A stretch of DNA of 64,000 bases from Rhodoferax sp. (GTDB lineage: Bacteria; Pseudomonadota; Gammaproteobacteria; Burkholderiales; Burkholderiaceae_C): NCBI GenBank assembly GCA_030645355.1, contig JAUSNJ010000162.1, positions 19,031 through 83,030 on the forward strand, given 5' to 3'. This document shows positions 29,624 to 39,809 of this stretch, one piece after another. The notes under the pieces are model-generated. The model saw only the letters and a list, made by a program, of their open reading frames with translations. It had not been told where the DNA came from and did not search any database. Position numbers and translations under genes: made by a program. The first letter of the stretch is position 1. Each line of letters opens with the position of its first letter.

Positions 29624-31233
29624 AGCGAAATATCGCGCCGCCAGAAGATGAAATCGTGCTGGCCCAACCGGTCGGCCTGGGTCTGAGTGTGCCCGGAGGC
29701 GGTTGACACAATCTGCGCCAGCAGCACATCGGCCAGGGCTTCAGGGTCGGCGCCCTGCAGGATGCTGCCGCAGTCAAAGTCGATCAGTTCGGACAGGCGC
29801 GTGGCGACATCGGTGTTGCTGGAAATCTTGACGACAGGTGCAATGGGGTTGCCGGTGGGGGTGCCCAGACCGGTGGTGAACAGCACGACGTTGGCGCCCG
29901 CTGCAACCAGCGCCGTCACCGACTCCACGTCGTTGCCAGGCGCGCACAGCAGCGACAGCCCCGGTTGCTGGGCCACCTCGCCATAGTCCAGCACGGCAAC
30001 AACGGGCGAGCTGCCACCCTTGCGCGCGGCCCCGGCGGACTTCATGGCATCGGTGATCAACCCGTCTCGGATATTGCCCGGGCTGGGGTTGTCGGCAAAC
30101 GTGGTGCCGGCCGCCTGGGCGCGGGTTTCGAAATCGTGCATCAGGTCGACAAAGCGCTGCCGGTCGGATGCGTGCACGCAGCGCGCCATCAGGCTGGACT
30201 CGACGCCACAGAGTTCGGGAAACTCCGACAGGATGGATGCGCCGCCCAGCGCCACCAGGCGGTCCGACACCAGGCCCAGAACCGGGTTGGCGGTGATGCC
30301 GGAAAAACCGTCGGAACCGCCGCACTTGACGCCAATGCGCAGGTGCGACAGTGGAACTGGCTGGCGGCGGACTGCATTGGCCACTGCCAGTTCCTTCAGC
30401 GTGTCCTGCACCACGGCCTTCATCATGGCCGACTCACCGCCCTCCCACTTCTGCTGTTCATAGACCAGGCAGGGCTTGTCGAATTTGGGGTTCTTCTCGG
30501 CCAGTGCCGCCTTGAACATGTCGACCTGCGCGTTCTGGCAACCCAGGCTGAATACGGTGACGCCAGCCACGTTGGGATGGTCGGCATAGGCCGCCAGAAT
30601 GCGGCACAGCGAGCGGGCATCGGCGCGCGTGCCACCACAACCCCCCTGGTGGGTAATGATGCGGACTCCGTCCACGTTGGGAAACGGCCGCGTCGCCGTA
30701 GCAGTGGAAGCTGTAACACCCAACAGCGAACGGGTGAAATCCGCCAGATCATCCTGGCCATAGCCCAGTGGCCGCACCAGCGCGTCGCGCAGTTGTTCGA
30801 CATTGCGGTTTTCACAAAACACCAATGGAAAGATGAGCCAGTGGTTGGCCGTGCCAACCCGTCCATCGGCGCGGACCACGCCCTGGAAGGTCGCCTGCTG
30901 CCAGCGTGCAACATCTGGCGCGCTCCAGACCGGTGCCGGAGAATCCGCATGGAGCACCGGTGCGGGTGCATAGTGCTCCAGGTTGTCAATCGTGACGGCA
31001 CAGCCCGAACCAATGGGCTTGGTGGCTTTGCCAACCGGTGTGCCGTACAGGCACAGGATGTCACCTGGCGCGCAGTCCCGCCGCGCGACCTTGTGCTTGC
31101 GCTGCACTGGCGTACGGATGCGCAGCGGCTGTTGGGCCCATTCCACGGTATCGCCCGGGTGCAAGTCGACCAGCGCCACCAGCATGTCGTCGTCGGGATG
31201 GATGCACAGCACTCTGCCACGGGTGTCGGTCAT
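29620..31233 (-). CDS. uxaA: altronate dehydratase
   Basis: N-terminal SAF domain (IHPDD..VAL, HKVA), KCGGSDGFSG.TANP, NPSPGN, FTTG.GTP. Confidence 0.9.
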   Translation of the reverse strand: MTDTRGRVLCIHPDDDMLVALVDLHPGDTVEWAQQPLRIRTPVQRKHKVARRDCAPGDILCLYGTPVGKATKPIGSGCAVTIDNLEHYAPAPVLHADSPAPVWSAPDVARWQQATFQGVVRADGRVGTANHWLIFPLVFCENRNVEQLRDALVRPLGYGQDDLADFTRSLLGVTASTATATRPFPNVDGVRIITHQGGCGGTRADARSLCRILAAYADHPNVAGVTVFSLGCQNAQVDMFKAALAEKNPKFDKPCLVYEQQKWEGGESAMMKAVVQDTLKELAVANAVRRQPVPLSHLRIGVKCGGSDGFSGITANPVLGLVSDRLVALGGASILSEFPELCGVESSLMARCVHASDRQRFVDLMHDFETRAQAAGTTFADNPSPGNIRDGLITDAMKSAGAARKGGSSPVVAVLDYGEVAQQPGLSLLCAPGNDVESVTALVAAGANVVLFTTGLGTPTGNPIAPVVKISSNTDVATRLSELIDFDCGSILQGADPEALADVLLAQIVSTASGHTQTQADRLGQHDFIFWRRDISL

Positions 31234-32624
31234 AGCGCGAAGTACCGTTTGGCGTTGTCATAGCAGACCCCGCGCACAAGGGTTTCCAATGCTTCACGGT
31301 CATGGGGATACTCGCCGTCCGTCACCCAGCGTCCCAGTTGGCGGCACAGCAGGCGGCGGAAATAGTCATGCCGCGGATAGGACGCGAAGCTGCGCGAGTC
31401 GGTCACCATACCGACAAAGGTACCCAGCACGCCGTGGCTGGCCAGCGCCCGCAGTTGGCGCAGGTTGCCGTCCTTGTGGTCATTGAACCACCAGGCCGGA
31501 CCCATTTGCACCTTGCCGGCAACGCTGCCGTCCTGAAAGCAGCCGATCAATGCGGCCAGCATTTCATTCATGGCCGGGTTCAGACAAAACAGCATGGTCT
31601 TGGGCAACAGGCCGTCGGCGTCAAGCGCATCCAGCAAACCCGCGATACCGCGGCTATGGCCTGCGTCGGAAATGGCGTCATAACCCGTATCGGGGCCTAG
31701 CATCTGCATGCCGCGCTGGCTGTTGTTGCGCTGTGCACCGATGTGCAGACACATGGCCCACCCGTGGCGCGCGTAGATGGCACCGAGGTCCTGCAACAGT
31801 CCGCGCTGGAAAGCGGCCTGCTCGGCTTCGCTGAGCGTGGCACCCGACAGGCGCTTGGACAGCAGCGCCTCACACGCGTCGACAGACGCGGCATCACAGC
31901 TGATGGGCAAGTCGATGGCGTGGTCCGAGATGCGGGCCCCGCGCTGGTGAAAATACGCGACGCGCTCGCCCAGTGCGGCCACCAGGTCGGCATAGCGGGC
32001 GATACGCGAACCCGTCACGGTACCCAGGGTTTGCAGGTAGTCTGTAAAGCCTGTGCGGTTGATGCGCATCGCGGCATCGGGGCGAAACGCTGGCAGTACC
32101 CGGGTCGACAGTTCTGAACGGGCAATCACTTCGTGCTGCGCCAGGTCGTCCACCGGATCATCCGTCGTGCACGCCACTTCTACCTTGGCCTGCTCCAGCA
32201 GCGTCCAGCAGGTCATGGTTGTCAGGCGCGCATTGGCCTGTTCCCAGATGCGGGGCGCGTTGGTCGCGTTGATGGTCAGCGTGATGCCAAACAGGCGCTG
32301 CAGTTCCAGATGGCACCAGTGGTAAATCGGATTGCCAGCGGCCAGCGGCAACACGCGACAAAAGGCCAGGTACTTGGCCTCGTCGCTCTGGGTTCCGGTG
32401 ATGAAGTCTTCAGACACGCCGGCGCTGCGCATCAGCCGCCACTTGTAATGGTCCCCCGCCAGCCACAACTCCGCGATGTTGCGGAACTGCTTTTTGGCCG
32501 CGATTTCACCCTGCTGCAAATGCGAGTGGTAGTCGATGATGGGCAGTTCCGCAGCAACCTCCCGGTAAAGATGTTGTGCGACTTCCGTGTCGAGCAGGAA
32601 GTTGTGGTCCATAAAGCTTTGCAT
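31230..32624 (-). CDS. uxaC: uronate isomerase
   Basis: PIIDYHSHL, DHYKWR.MR, TTDDP, WWFNDH, GMVTDSRSF.SYPRHDYFRR. Confidence 0.95.
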   Translation of the reverse strand: MQSFMDHNFLLDTEVAQHLYREVAAELPIIDYHSHLQQGEIAAKKQFRNIAELWLAGDHYKWRLMRSAGVSEDFITGTQSDEAKYLAFCRVLPLAAGNPIYHWCHLELQRLFGITLTINATNAPRIWEQANARLTTMTCWTLLEQAKVEVACTTDDPVDDLAQHEVIARSELSTRVLPAFRPDAAMRINRTGFTDYLQTLGTVTGSRIARYADLVAALGERVAYFHQRGARISDHAIDLPISCDAASVDACEALLSKRLSGATLSEAEQAAFQRGLLQDLGAIYARHGWAMCLHIGAQRNNSQRGMQMLGPDTGYDAISDAGHSRGIAGLLDALDADGLLPKTMLFCLNPAMNEMLAALIGCFQDGSVAGKVQMGPAWWFNDHKDGNLRQLRALASHGVLGTFVGMVTDSRSFASYPRHDYFRRLLCRQLGRWVTDGEYPHDREALETLVRGVCYDNAKRYFAL

Positions 32625-32626
32625 CG

Positions 32627-35023
32627 TCAGTCTGCCTTTCCACGTCCGGCACCGGCCCCTGCCCGAACCCGGGCGGGCACATCCGCCACGCTATCCATCG
32701 CAAGAAAGAGGCTGGGCTTCCACCCCACATCGCCCACCCAGTTCACTGCGGGTTGGGCCACACGCAACTCCGCCAGAAGGTCTGCCGCCAAACCATTGTG
32801 GGTGGACCCGTTGTCGACGAAGCGATGGCCCTTGAGGCCACGCAGCAGTTGGCTGGTGGGCACGGCCGGTGGCGTGAGCCAGGCGTTGCGCTCGCTGTAG
32901 ATCCTTGACTGGTGGCCAATTCCCAATGAGTAGCCATAAGGGTAGGGACCTTCCGTTCCACCCTCGAACAGATTGTTGTACACATGCACTTCTCCATAGC
33001 GCACGCGGGGGGTGCGCTCGCGGGTGTGCTCGTACCAGTTGTGGTGGAACGTGACCTTCAGCTTGCCGTCGTCGAGCGCCTGACTGTCACTGCTTCCCAC
33101 TAGGGTCGTCTTGTCGTGGTGGTGAAAGTGGTTCCACGAAACCGTCACCCAGTTGGACTGTTGCGTAATGTCCAGCAAACCGTCGTGGCGCTGGACCTGA
33201 CGACCCAACAGTACGGGTTCGGCCTCATCTGGCCGCGACCCATCGTCAAACGTGCAGTGGTCTATCCAGACATGGGTGGCAGCCCGTAGCGTGATGTTGT
33301 CGTACTCCGAATTCCATTCGCCGTTGGCGTTGTCCTTGGGGTCCCAGGCCGGGAAGTAGTCATACGCATCCGAAAAGTGGATATTGCGGATGATGACGTT
33401 GTCCACGGAATCCAGGAACAGGGTGCCATGGACGATGGCGGCGTCTGCTCCCATACCCACCAGCGTGGTGCGCGACGGCACCTTGACAACCACCTGCGCG
33501 GCCTGCCTGCGCACCGAACGCTTCCTGGCCTCTTCCTGCGGCCCGCTGGGCGGCGCCTTGCCCCAGACGGCGGGATCATAGGCCGCCAGAAAGGCCTGGG
33601 GGTCGAATGCCGGATCGCGGTAGTCTGCGAAGCCCAACGCCCGCCCATTGGCATCCGTGCTCAGGTCGATACGGCCCACGACGCGAACCACCCGAGGGTA
33701 GGCACCGGGTGTCAGCGCTGCCACCATCTCTGCGCGATTGCGCACCGTGTAGGTGTGCTCCAGCCCGGCATCGGAACCGCCCAGCGTGCCCCCCTTCGCC
33801 GCCGCCCAGCCGTCGTTTGGCGCCAAGGTTTCGCGGCTCCAGTCCGGGCTCTGGCCCGCAACGTCCCCCGCTCCAACTTGGTGGTTGTTCCACTCCCACA
33901 AGCGGTTCGCCTGATCACCGGATGCACTGAAAGGCCGTCGCGCAGTGGACGCTGCCCAGGGACCCAAGTGGGCTCCCAGCACGCTGTCACGCACCACGGC
34001 CTGGCCATTGGGCGACGTGCTCTTCTGCCAGGCCCCCTTTGCAATGCCCTGGTCCCATGCCCGGCCCAAGGCAATGGAGCCAACGCCCACACCGGCTTCA
34101 CTGATGAAGCGGCTGTTGTGGACCAGGATTCCCCGCGGGGTCTGAGAAGCCGTGCTGGGTGCCAGTACGTAGCCGCCCTCCCCCGGCGTCCTGCGGCCTG
34201 CGCGGCTGAGAATGGTGCTGTCGTCGATCACCAGCGTGCCGGCTCCGAAAATGAAGTCCACATCTCCGCTCACCAGGGTCTGGTGCACGTAAACCCGATC
34301 ACCGGCTTTGCCCGGTGCGGCACGCACATACAGCGTGTCCTGGTGCCCCAGGAGGTGGACGCCTTCGAGTTGAATTTTGTCGCCCTGGGTCATCAGCGCC
34401 ACCGCCTGCGCGCCACCGGCCTCGGCGGCGTCTGTCGGATAGCCGACTCCCGCACGCACGCCGTTCATGGCATCGTTTTCAATCGTCAGGTTGGATACCT
34501 GCACGTCATTGCTGAAAATCGCCAACGTTGCACTGCTGAAGGTGCCATAGGCTGGCGCGTTCGCCGCTGGCATGCAAGGATTACCGACATCTACACCGGG
34601 GCGTTTGCGCTCGCCGGCGTAGCGCGACGCGACCACTCGCGCATCAGCCGGCTTGCTGCCCAGGCCCACCAGGGCCACCGGCGCCTTAGTCTGCAAACAC
34701 ACTTGCCCCCGGTAGATTCCCGCGGCCAGACCAATGACAAAACGACGCGACTCCACGCCTGCGGAAGGGACCGCATCCAAGGCCGCTTGCAGACTGCTGT
34801 GGGTGCCACTGCCGTCTGCGGCAACCACAAAGTCAGGTCGCAACCCACGCAACGCAGATGGTTCAACCGGTGTCCAGGGTGAGGGGCCTTGTGCCAGATA
34901 GGTCGACACGGTGTAGTCCGCAGCAGCCACTGGCGTTAAAAGGGGCCGAGCAGTGTCTTGCGCCCACGCGCCCAGATGCAGACTCGCCGCCCAAAACGCC
35001 GCCAGACCCATCCACCGCATCAT
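32627..35023 (-). CDS. bifunctional pectin methylesterase (CE8) - pectate lyase (PL1) fusion
   Basis: CE8: QAVAL, QDTL, GDVDFIFG, LGRAW; PL1: NVIIRNI, VWIDHCTF, RTPRVRYG..H.YNN. Confidence 0.88.
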   Translation of the reverse strand: MMRWMGLAAFWAASLHLGAWAQDTARPLLTPVAAADYTVSTYLAQGPSPWTPVEPSALRGLRPDFVVAADGSGTHSSLQAALDAVPSAGVESRRFVIGLAAGIYRGQVCLQTKAPVALVGLGSKPADARVVASRYAGERKRPGVDVGNPCMPAANAPAYGTFSSATLAIFSNDVQVSNLTIENDAMNGVRAGVGYPTDAAEAGGAQAVALMTQGDKIQLEGVHLLGHQDTLYVRAAPGKAGDRVYVHQTLVSGDVDFIFGAGTLVIDDSTILSRAGRRTPGEGGYVLAPSTASQTPRGILVHNSRFISEAGVGVGSIALGRAWDQGIAKGAWQKSTSPNGQAVVRDSVLGAHLGPWAASTARRPFSASGDQANRLWEWNNHQVGAGDVAGQSPDWSRETLAPNDGWAAAKGGTLGGSDAGLEHTYTVRNRAEMVAALTPGAYPRVVRVVGRIDLSTDANGRALGFADYRDPAFDPQAFLAAYDPAVWGKAPPSGPQEEARKRSVRRQAAQVVVKVPSRTTLVGMGADAAIVHGTLFLDSVDNVIIRNIHFSDAYDYFPAWDPKDNANGEWNSEYDNITLRAATHVWIDHCTFDDGSRPDEAEPVLLGRQVQRHDGLLDITQQSNWVTVSWNHFHHHDKTTLVGSSDSQALDDGKLKVTFHHNWYEHTRERTPRVRYGEVHVYNNLFEGGTEGPYPYGYSLGIGHQSRIYSERNAWLTPPAVPTSQLLRGLKGHRFVDNGSTHNGLAADLLAELRVAQPAVNWVGDVGWKPSLFLAMDSVADVPARVRAGAGAGRGKAD

Positions 35024-36183
35024 GGCGCGCCTACATCCGCCAAATACAGCGCCGGTTCGCCTTCTGCATCGGAGCTGAACAGAATCTGCTTTTCGTCCGG
35101 CGTGAAGGAGGGGTGTGGATGCGTCACTTGCCGACTGCCCTTGTGCACGCGCCAGGACGAATCGTGGTGCGCAACCGCGCGCACGCTGCCAGCCTTGAGG
35201 TCAAACACATGCAGGAACGGATCGGTCACGATGTCGTGGCTACCAGTGTCCGCCACATCAGCCGGTGAGCCACAGCCATCGCCGACCAACAGCGTGCCAT
35301 CAAAGTTGCTCATCAGGTGCGAGCACGGTGGCATGGACATCAGCCGCTTGTCTTCCAGCGTCACCGGGTCCAGCGCGCAAATCCAGCGCTCGCGTTGGCC
35401 TTTCAGATACGACACATAAATCATGCTTGAGCCGTCCGGCACCCAGAACTCGTGGGTGCAGGCTTCACCTTCCAGGTGCACCTTGCCGCAGCGCAGGTTG
35501 CTGCCATCCTCATTGATGAACCACATGCGCGCGTCCACCAGGTCATGCGGTCCCTCATGGCAAAACGCGACGGTTTCGTCATGGAAGGGCTGGTACTGGG
35601 GGTGACCCAGCCAGCCGTGCTTTTCCAGGATCACGTCACGCTGCCCGGTGGCCAGGTCGATGCGGATCAGGCGACAGCGTGGCTTGGCGTGGTACATGTC
35701 GTGGAACTTCTTCCAGTCGCTCAAGGGGAACCAGTCGTCGGCATGGATCTCTATGCCCACCATCTTGGTACAAGCGCTGTTGGACACCCAGGTGCCATAG
35801 CCCACCCACCCCTGGGGCACGGTGTAGACCACCTCTTCGTTCAAGTCCGACAGTGTGAGCCGAACCAGTTGGCGTTCGGCGCGCACGAAATAGAGGTGCT
35901 GGTCGTCGGGGCTTAGAAAGCCGCCGAAGGTGTTTTCACCGCGCTGGTCGGTCAATTGGGTAGCGACCTGGCTGTTGAGGTCCAGCAGGTGGTAATTCCA
36001 GGCATTGCCGGGGCCAAACTCACCGGCAAAGACCAGCTTGGAGCCATCTTTGGTGAAGCACTTCTGGTAGAAGTAGTTGCGGTGGCAGGTGATGTCGGTC
36101 GGGGTGAGCCGCGTGACGCGGGCACCGGTATCCGGGTCTTGCCGGGATTCAAACTTCAAATGGCGTTGGGTTGCTTTGGTCAT
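35020..36183 (-). CDS. ogl: oligogalacturonate lyase (PL22)
   Basis: CHRNYFYQKCFT, FCHEGPHDLVDARMW, CTHEFWVPDGS, HPHPSFTPD. Confidence 0.95.
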   Translation of the reverse strand: MTKATQRHLKFESRQDPDTGARVTRLTPTDITCHRNYFYQKCFTKDGSKLVFAGEFGPGNAWNYHLLDLNSQVATQLTDQRGENTFGGFLSPDDQHLYFVRAERQLVRLTLSDLNEEVVYTVPQGWVGYGTWVSNSACTKMVGIEIHADDWFPLSDWKKFHDMYHAKPRCRLIRIDLATGQRDVILEKHGWLGHPQYQPFHDETVAFCHEGPHDLVDARMWFINEDGSNLRCGKVHLEGEACTHEFWVPDGSSMIYVSYLKGQRERWICALDPVTLEDKRLMSMPPCSHLMSNFDGTLLVGDGCGSPADVADTGSHDIVTDPFLHVFDLKAGSVRAVAHHDSSWRVHKGSRQVTHPHPSFTPDEKQILFSSDAEGEPALYLADVGAP

Positions 36184-36188
36184 AGGTT

Positions 36189-37481
36189 CTACTTGATGCG
36201 TTTCAACAGGGCGTTACCTTCTTCGACCAGACGGCGGGCCGCCTCCTGGTCTGTCGTTTTTCCGTAGGCTACGGTCTCGAACACTTCCCGCATAAACTTG
36301 TGCAAACGGGCATGTTCGAACAGCGGTGCCGGCACAGGAACCCGTCCCGCATCCCGCTGTTTTTTGATTTGTTCATGCGCGGCCAGTTCCATGGCCGGCA
36401 GCTTGTTGGCCTGCAGCAGCACATCGCGCTGGCTGCGCGCTGCAGGTACGCCGCGGGTCTTGCCCAGGATGCGCGCTGCCTGTGGATCGGTCAGCAGAAA
36501 ATTGACCAGCCGCGCCGCCAGTTCCGGCTGCCTGCTGTTGCGGCCGACCGCCAGCATGACACTGGGACGGCCAAACATGCCGCTGACTGCAGCACCGGGC
36601 AACGTGGGAAACTCGCCCAGCACCAGGTTTTGTTGCTGGTTCAGCGTGGCCGCGCGCAACGGTATGGCGGAATCCCACGCAAAGTTGCCCGCCCAGTTGC
36701 CAACCACCCAGTCCTGTTGCTGCTCCGTGGCCTTGTCCGCACCGCCCAGGCTGGCACGCAAGGGCAATGGCGTGGCCACATGCTCTGTGATCAAGCGGCG
36801 ATACGTTTGCACCCATTCCAGCACGGCCGCAGGGCTCATGGCCACCCGTGGCTCGACGGGGTCGACATAGGGCGTTCCATGCCTTTGCTGCACGTAGGCC
36901 TGCGACAGCAACATCATGTCGTACAGCTCCCCATCCAGCGGGTAGGCGTGGTCCCCCAGCTTGGCTTTGAAGACTGGCCCGGCGGCGAAGATTTCATCCC
37001 AGGTCTTGGGCACGGCAAGACCGGCCCGGTCAAAGCTGGCCTTGTTCCAGAGGAGGACGCGGGCGGTGTACGCCGACGGCAAGGCGTTGAGCTTGCCAGC
37101 CACCCTGCCCGCGTCGAGATCCTGCGGGGTGAACTGGTCAAGGGCCATCGCAGCACGGTACTTGTCCAGATCGACAAAGCCATTGCCACGCTTGGAGAAC
37201 ATGGCCAGCCAGGCCCAGTTGATCTGCATGACGTCGGGCTCGGAACCGCCGGCGATCTGCGTGGTGAGGCGCTCCAGGTAGCCGTGAAAACCCATGTACT
37301 CGGCCTTCACCTTGAGTCCGGGGTTTTGCTGTTCAAACAGCGCGATGGCCTTCAACGTCGATTCGTGGCGGCTTGCACCGCCCCACCAGGCGAAGCGCAG
37401 CACCGTGGGGGTGGGTGCCTGCGCACGCGCCACCAGGGGGCTCAGCGCCAGCGCGGCAAAGTGTCGGCGTTGCAGACTCAT
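36189..37481 (-). CDS. togB: oligogalacturonide ABC transporter solute-binding protein
   Basis: LRFAWWGG..RH, RLTTQIAGGSEPDVMQINW.WL; twin-arginine-like signal QRRHF. Confidence 0.8.
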   Translation of the reverse strand: MSLQRRHFAALALSPLVARAQAPTPTVLRFAWWGGASRHESTLKAIALFEQQNPGLKVKAEYMGFHGYLERLTTQIAGGSEPDVMQINWAWLAMFSKRGNGFVDLDKYRAAMALDQFTPQDLDAGRVAGKLNALPSAYTARVLLWNKASFDRAGLAVPKTWDEIFAAGPVFKAKLGDHAYPLDGELYDMMLLSQAYVQQRHGTPYVDPVEPRVAMSPAAVLEWVQTYRRLITEHVATPLPLRASLGGADKATEQQQDWVVGNWAGNFAWDSAIPLRAATLNQQQNLVLGEFPTLPGAAVSGMFGRPSVMLAVGRNSRQPELAARLVNFLLTDPQAARILGKTRGVPAARSQRDVLLQANKLPAMELAAHEQIKKQRDAGRVPVPAPLFEHARLHKFMREVFETVAYGKTTDQEAARRLVEEGNALLKRIK

Positions 37482-38614
37482 CAGGCGCTCCGCAACAGGC
37501 TCACGCCACTCTCTGCGTCAAACAAGTGGGCCCGTTGCATCTGAAAGTGGAACACATGCGCGGCACCACGGCCTTTATCCTGCAAGCCATGGAGTTCGTC
37601 CGCGGGAACCCGTGCACTCAGGGCGAAGTCTCCCACCTTGAAATGCACGAACACCTCGCTGCCCATATGCTCGGTGAAGCGCAGCGTCCCTTGCACCGGG
37701 ACACTGTCGCCATGCGGCCGGGGTCCGGCAGATACGTGCTCGGGACGCAAGCCAAAATGCACGGCACCGCCACTACTGTCGAGCTGCGCGGCCCGCGCTG
37801 CGGGCAAGCTCAAGAACTGACCACCGAGCTCGACCCCGACACCGCCGTCGAGCTGCCGCAGTTGGGCCTTGACGATGTTCATCTCTGGCGATCCAATGAA
37901 GCTGGCCACAAAGGCATTAGCCGGCCGGTCGTATAGTGCGGTGGGGGTGTCCACCTGCTGGATCACACCGTCCTTGAGCACGCAGATGCGCTCGCCCATG
38001 GTCATGGCTTCCACCTGGTCGTGCGTCACATAGACCACCGTAGCCGGCTGGCCGGATTCGCGCAGCGTGCGGTGCAGCTCGGTCAAGCGCACCCGCATGG
38101 CGGCGCGCAGCTTGGCATCCAGGTTGGACAGGGGTTCGTCAAACAAAAACACTTCCGGCTTCTTGACGATGGCGCGGCCCACGGCCACACGCTGGGCCTG
38201 GCCGCCGCTGAGCTGCTTGGGGTAGCGCTCCAGCAGGTGCTCCATCTCCAGCAGGCCGGCGGCATGGCGCACGCGTTGCTGAACTTCGGCCTTGGGGGTA
38301 CCTGCCAGCTTGAGCCCGAACGCCAGGTTGTCATACACCGTCATGTGGGGATACAGCGCATAGTTCTGGAAAACCATAGCGATACCGCGCTGCTTCGGTG
38401 GCAACTGGTTCACCAACTGGTTGCCGATGCGCAACTCGCCGCCGGTAATGGACTCCAGCCCGGCAATCATGCGCAGCAAGGTGCTCTTGGCGCAACCGGA
38501 CGGGCCCACAAACACCATGAACTCGCCGTCCTGCACTTCCAGGTCCACGCCATGCACGGCCTTGAAGCCATTGGGGTAGACCTTTTCTATCTTCTCTAAC
38601 TGCAGGCGTGCCAC
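37481..38614 (-). CDS. togA: oligogalacturonide ABC transporter ATPase
   Basis: Walker A GPSGCAKST, LSGGQ, DEPLSNLD; GTG start after GGAG. Confidence 0.85.
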   Translation of the reverse strand: MARLQLEKIEKVYPNGFKAVHGVDLEVQDGEFMVFVGPSGCAKSTLLRMIAGLESITGGELRIGNQLVNQLPPKQRGIAMVFQNYALYPHMTVYDNLAFGLKLAGTPKAEVQQRVRHAAGLLEMEHLLERYPKQLSGGQAQRVAVGRAIVKKPEVFLFDEPLSNLDAKLRAAMRVRLTELHRTLRESGQPATVVYVTHDQVEAMTMGERICVLKDGVIQQVDTPTALYDRPANAFVASFIGSPEMNIVKAQLRQLDGGVGVELGGQFLSLPAARAAQLDSSGGAVHFGLRPEHVSAGPRPHGDSVPVQGTLRFTEHMGSEVFVHFKVGDFALSARVPADELHGLQDKGRGAAHVFHFQMQRAHLFDAESGVSLLRSA

Positions 38615-38669
38615 TGGGGTTGTCTCCGTGTTTTTTGTCTCTTCATGTCTGAGGTCACTTCGCTCGCCC

Positions 38670-38910
38670 GCCTCGACCAATGGCTGGCCGTTTTGCTCCG
38701 TGTCCCCCGCCCGCTGCGCGGTCTCCTCCTTAACCTACGCAAAACAGCCAGCCATTGCCCGAGGCTCGAAGAATCGGGACGCGAACGGGGAAGTTCAATA
38801 CCTCGACAAGCGCAGGTCCGCAGGCGTGGTCGGTGTGTGCCTTTTGCGTAGGTCAAGGAGGAGCGCGAAGCGCGGGGGACACGGAGCAAAAGACATACAC
38901 TCACCACGCC
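38670..38910. repeat. composite palindromic (REP/REPIN-like) element: two long hairpins whose ~50-nt cores are inverted copies of each other
   Basis: Core 38691-38744 vs reverse complement of 38842-38891; arms CAATGGCTGGCCGTTTTGC / GCAAAACAGCCAGCCATTG and GGCGTGGTCGGTGTGTGCCTTTTGC / GCAAAAGACATACACTCACCACGCC. Confidence 0.8.
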
Positions 38911-38945
38911 GGAGCAAGAAAAGAACGCGGGCGTACAAACCATCG

Positions 38946-39809
38946 CTATCCCTTCACGCCACTCGAAGTAGCCCCTTCGATGAAGTGCTTCTGCGCCGCA
39001 AAAAACACGGCCACCGAGGGAATCAACGCCACCACCGAAATGGCAATCACGTTGGCCCACTCCACTTCTTCGGTCGCACCAATGCTCATCTTCAATGCCA
39101 GTGACACCGGATATTTCTCGACCGACGCCAGGTAGATCAGCGGACCCATGAAGTCATTCATGGTCCAAATGAACTGGAACACGATCACCGACACGATGGC
39201 TGGCTTGAGCAGCGGCACGATGATGTGCCACAGCAACTGCAAGGCGTTGCAACCGTCTATCTGCGCCGCCTCCTCCATATCCCTTGGAATGCCCTTCAAA
39301 AACTGCACCAGCATGAAGATGAAAAACGTGTCCGTGGCAAACGCGGAAGGGACGACCAGCGGCAGGTAGGAATCCAGCCAGCCGAGCTCGCGAAACACCA
39401 GGTACTGCGGCAAACGCAACACGATCAGCGGCAGCATCATGGTGCCCACCATGATGGAGAACAGAATCTTCTTGCCCCAGAACTCGAACCGCGCGAAGGC
39501 GTAAGCGACCAGCACGCAGGAGATCACGGTAACGATGATGCGCGGAATCGTGATCAGGAAACTGTTCAGAAAATAGGTTGCAAAGGTGTACTCGGTGCTG
39601 GTCTTCCAGCCTTTGGCGTACGCACTGAAATCGAACCGCTGGGGCCAGAAACCGACCTCTGTAAAAATCTCGCTGTTACTCTTGAACGACGCACCAATCA
39701 GCCAGAACAGCGGGTACAGCATGACCAGGGCCACCAGCCCCAACGCAATGTACCGCACCCAGGGATGGCCGCTAACGCCGCCGGGCGGCTGCATGTTGGA
39801 GGCGCTCAT
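38946..39809 (-). CDS. togN: oligogalacturonide ABC permease 2
   Basis: EEAAQIDG EAA loop; CUT1 permease; operon position. Confidence 0.82.
   Translation of the reverse strand: MSASNMQPPGGVSGHPWVRYIALGLVALVMLYPLFWLIGASFKSNSEIFTEVGFWPQRFDFSAYAKGWKTSTEYTFATYFLNSFLITIPRIIVTVISCVLVAYAFARFEFWGKKILFSIMVGTMMLPLIVLRLPQYLVFRELGWLDSYLPLVVPSAFATDTFFIFMLVQFLKGIPRDMEEAAQIDGCNALQLLWHIIVPLLKPAIVSVIVFQFIWTMNDFMGPLIYLASVEKYPVSLALKMSIGATEEVEWANVIAISVVALIPSVAVFFAAQKHFIEGATSSGVKG

Noticed and set aside
38596-39135. Several small ORFs and an extended togA N-terminus over the togN-togA gap
   Set aside because: They translate the palindromic element; togA has a GGAG-GTG start at 38614.
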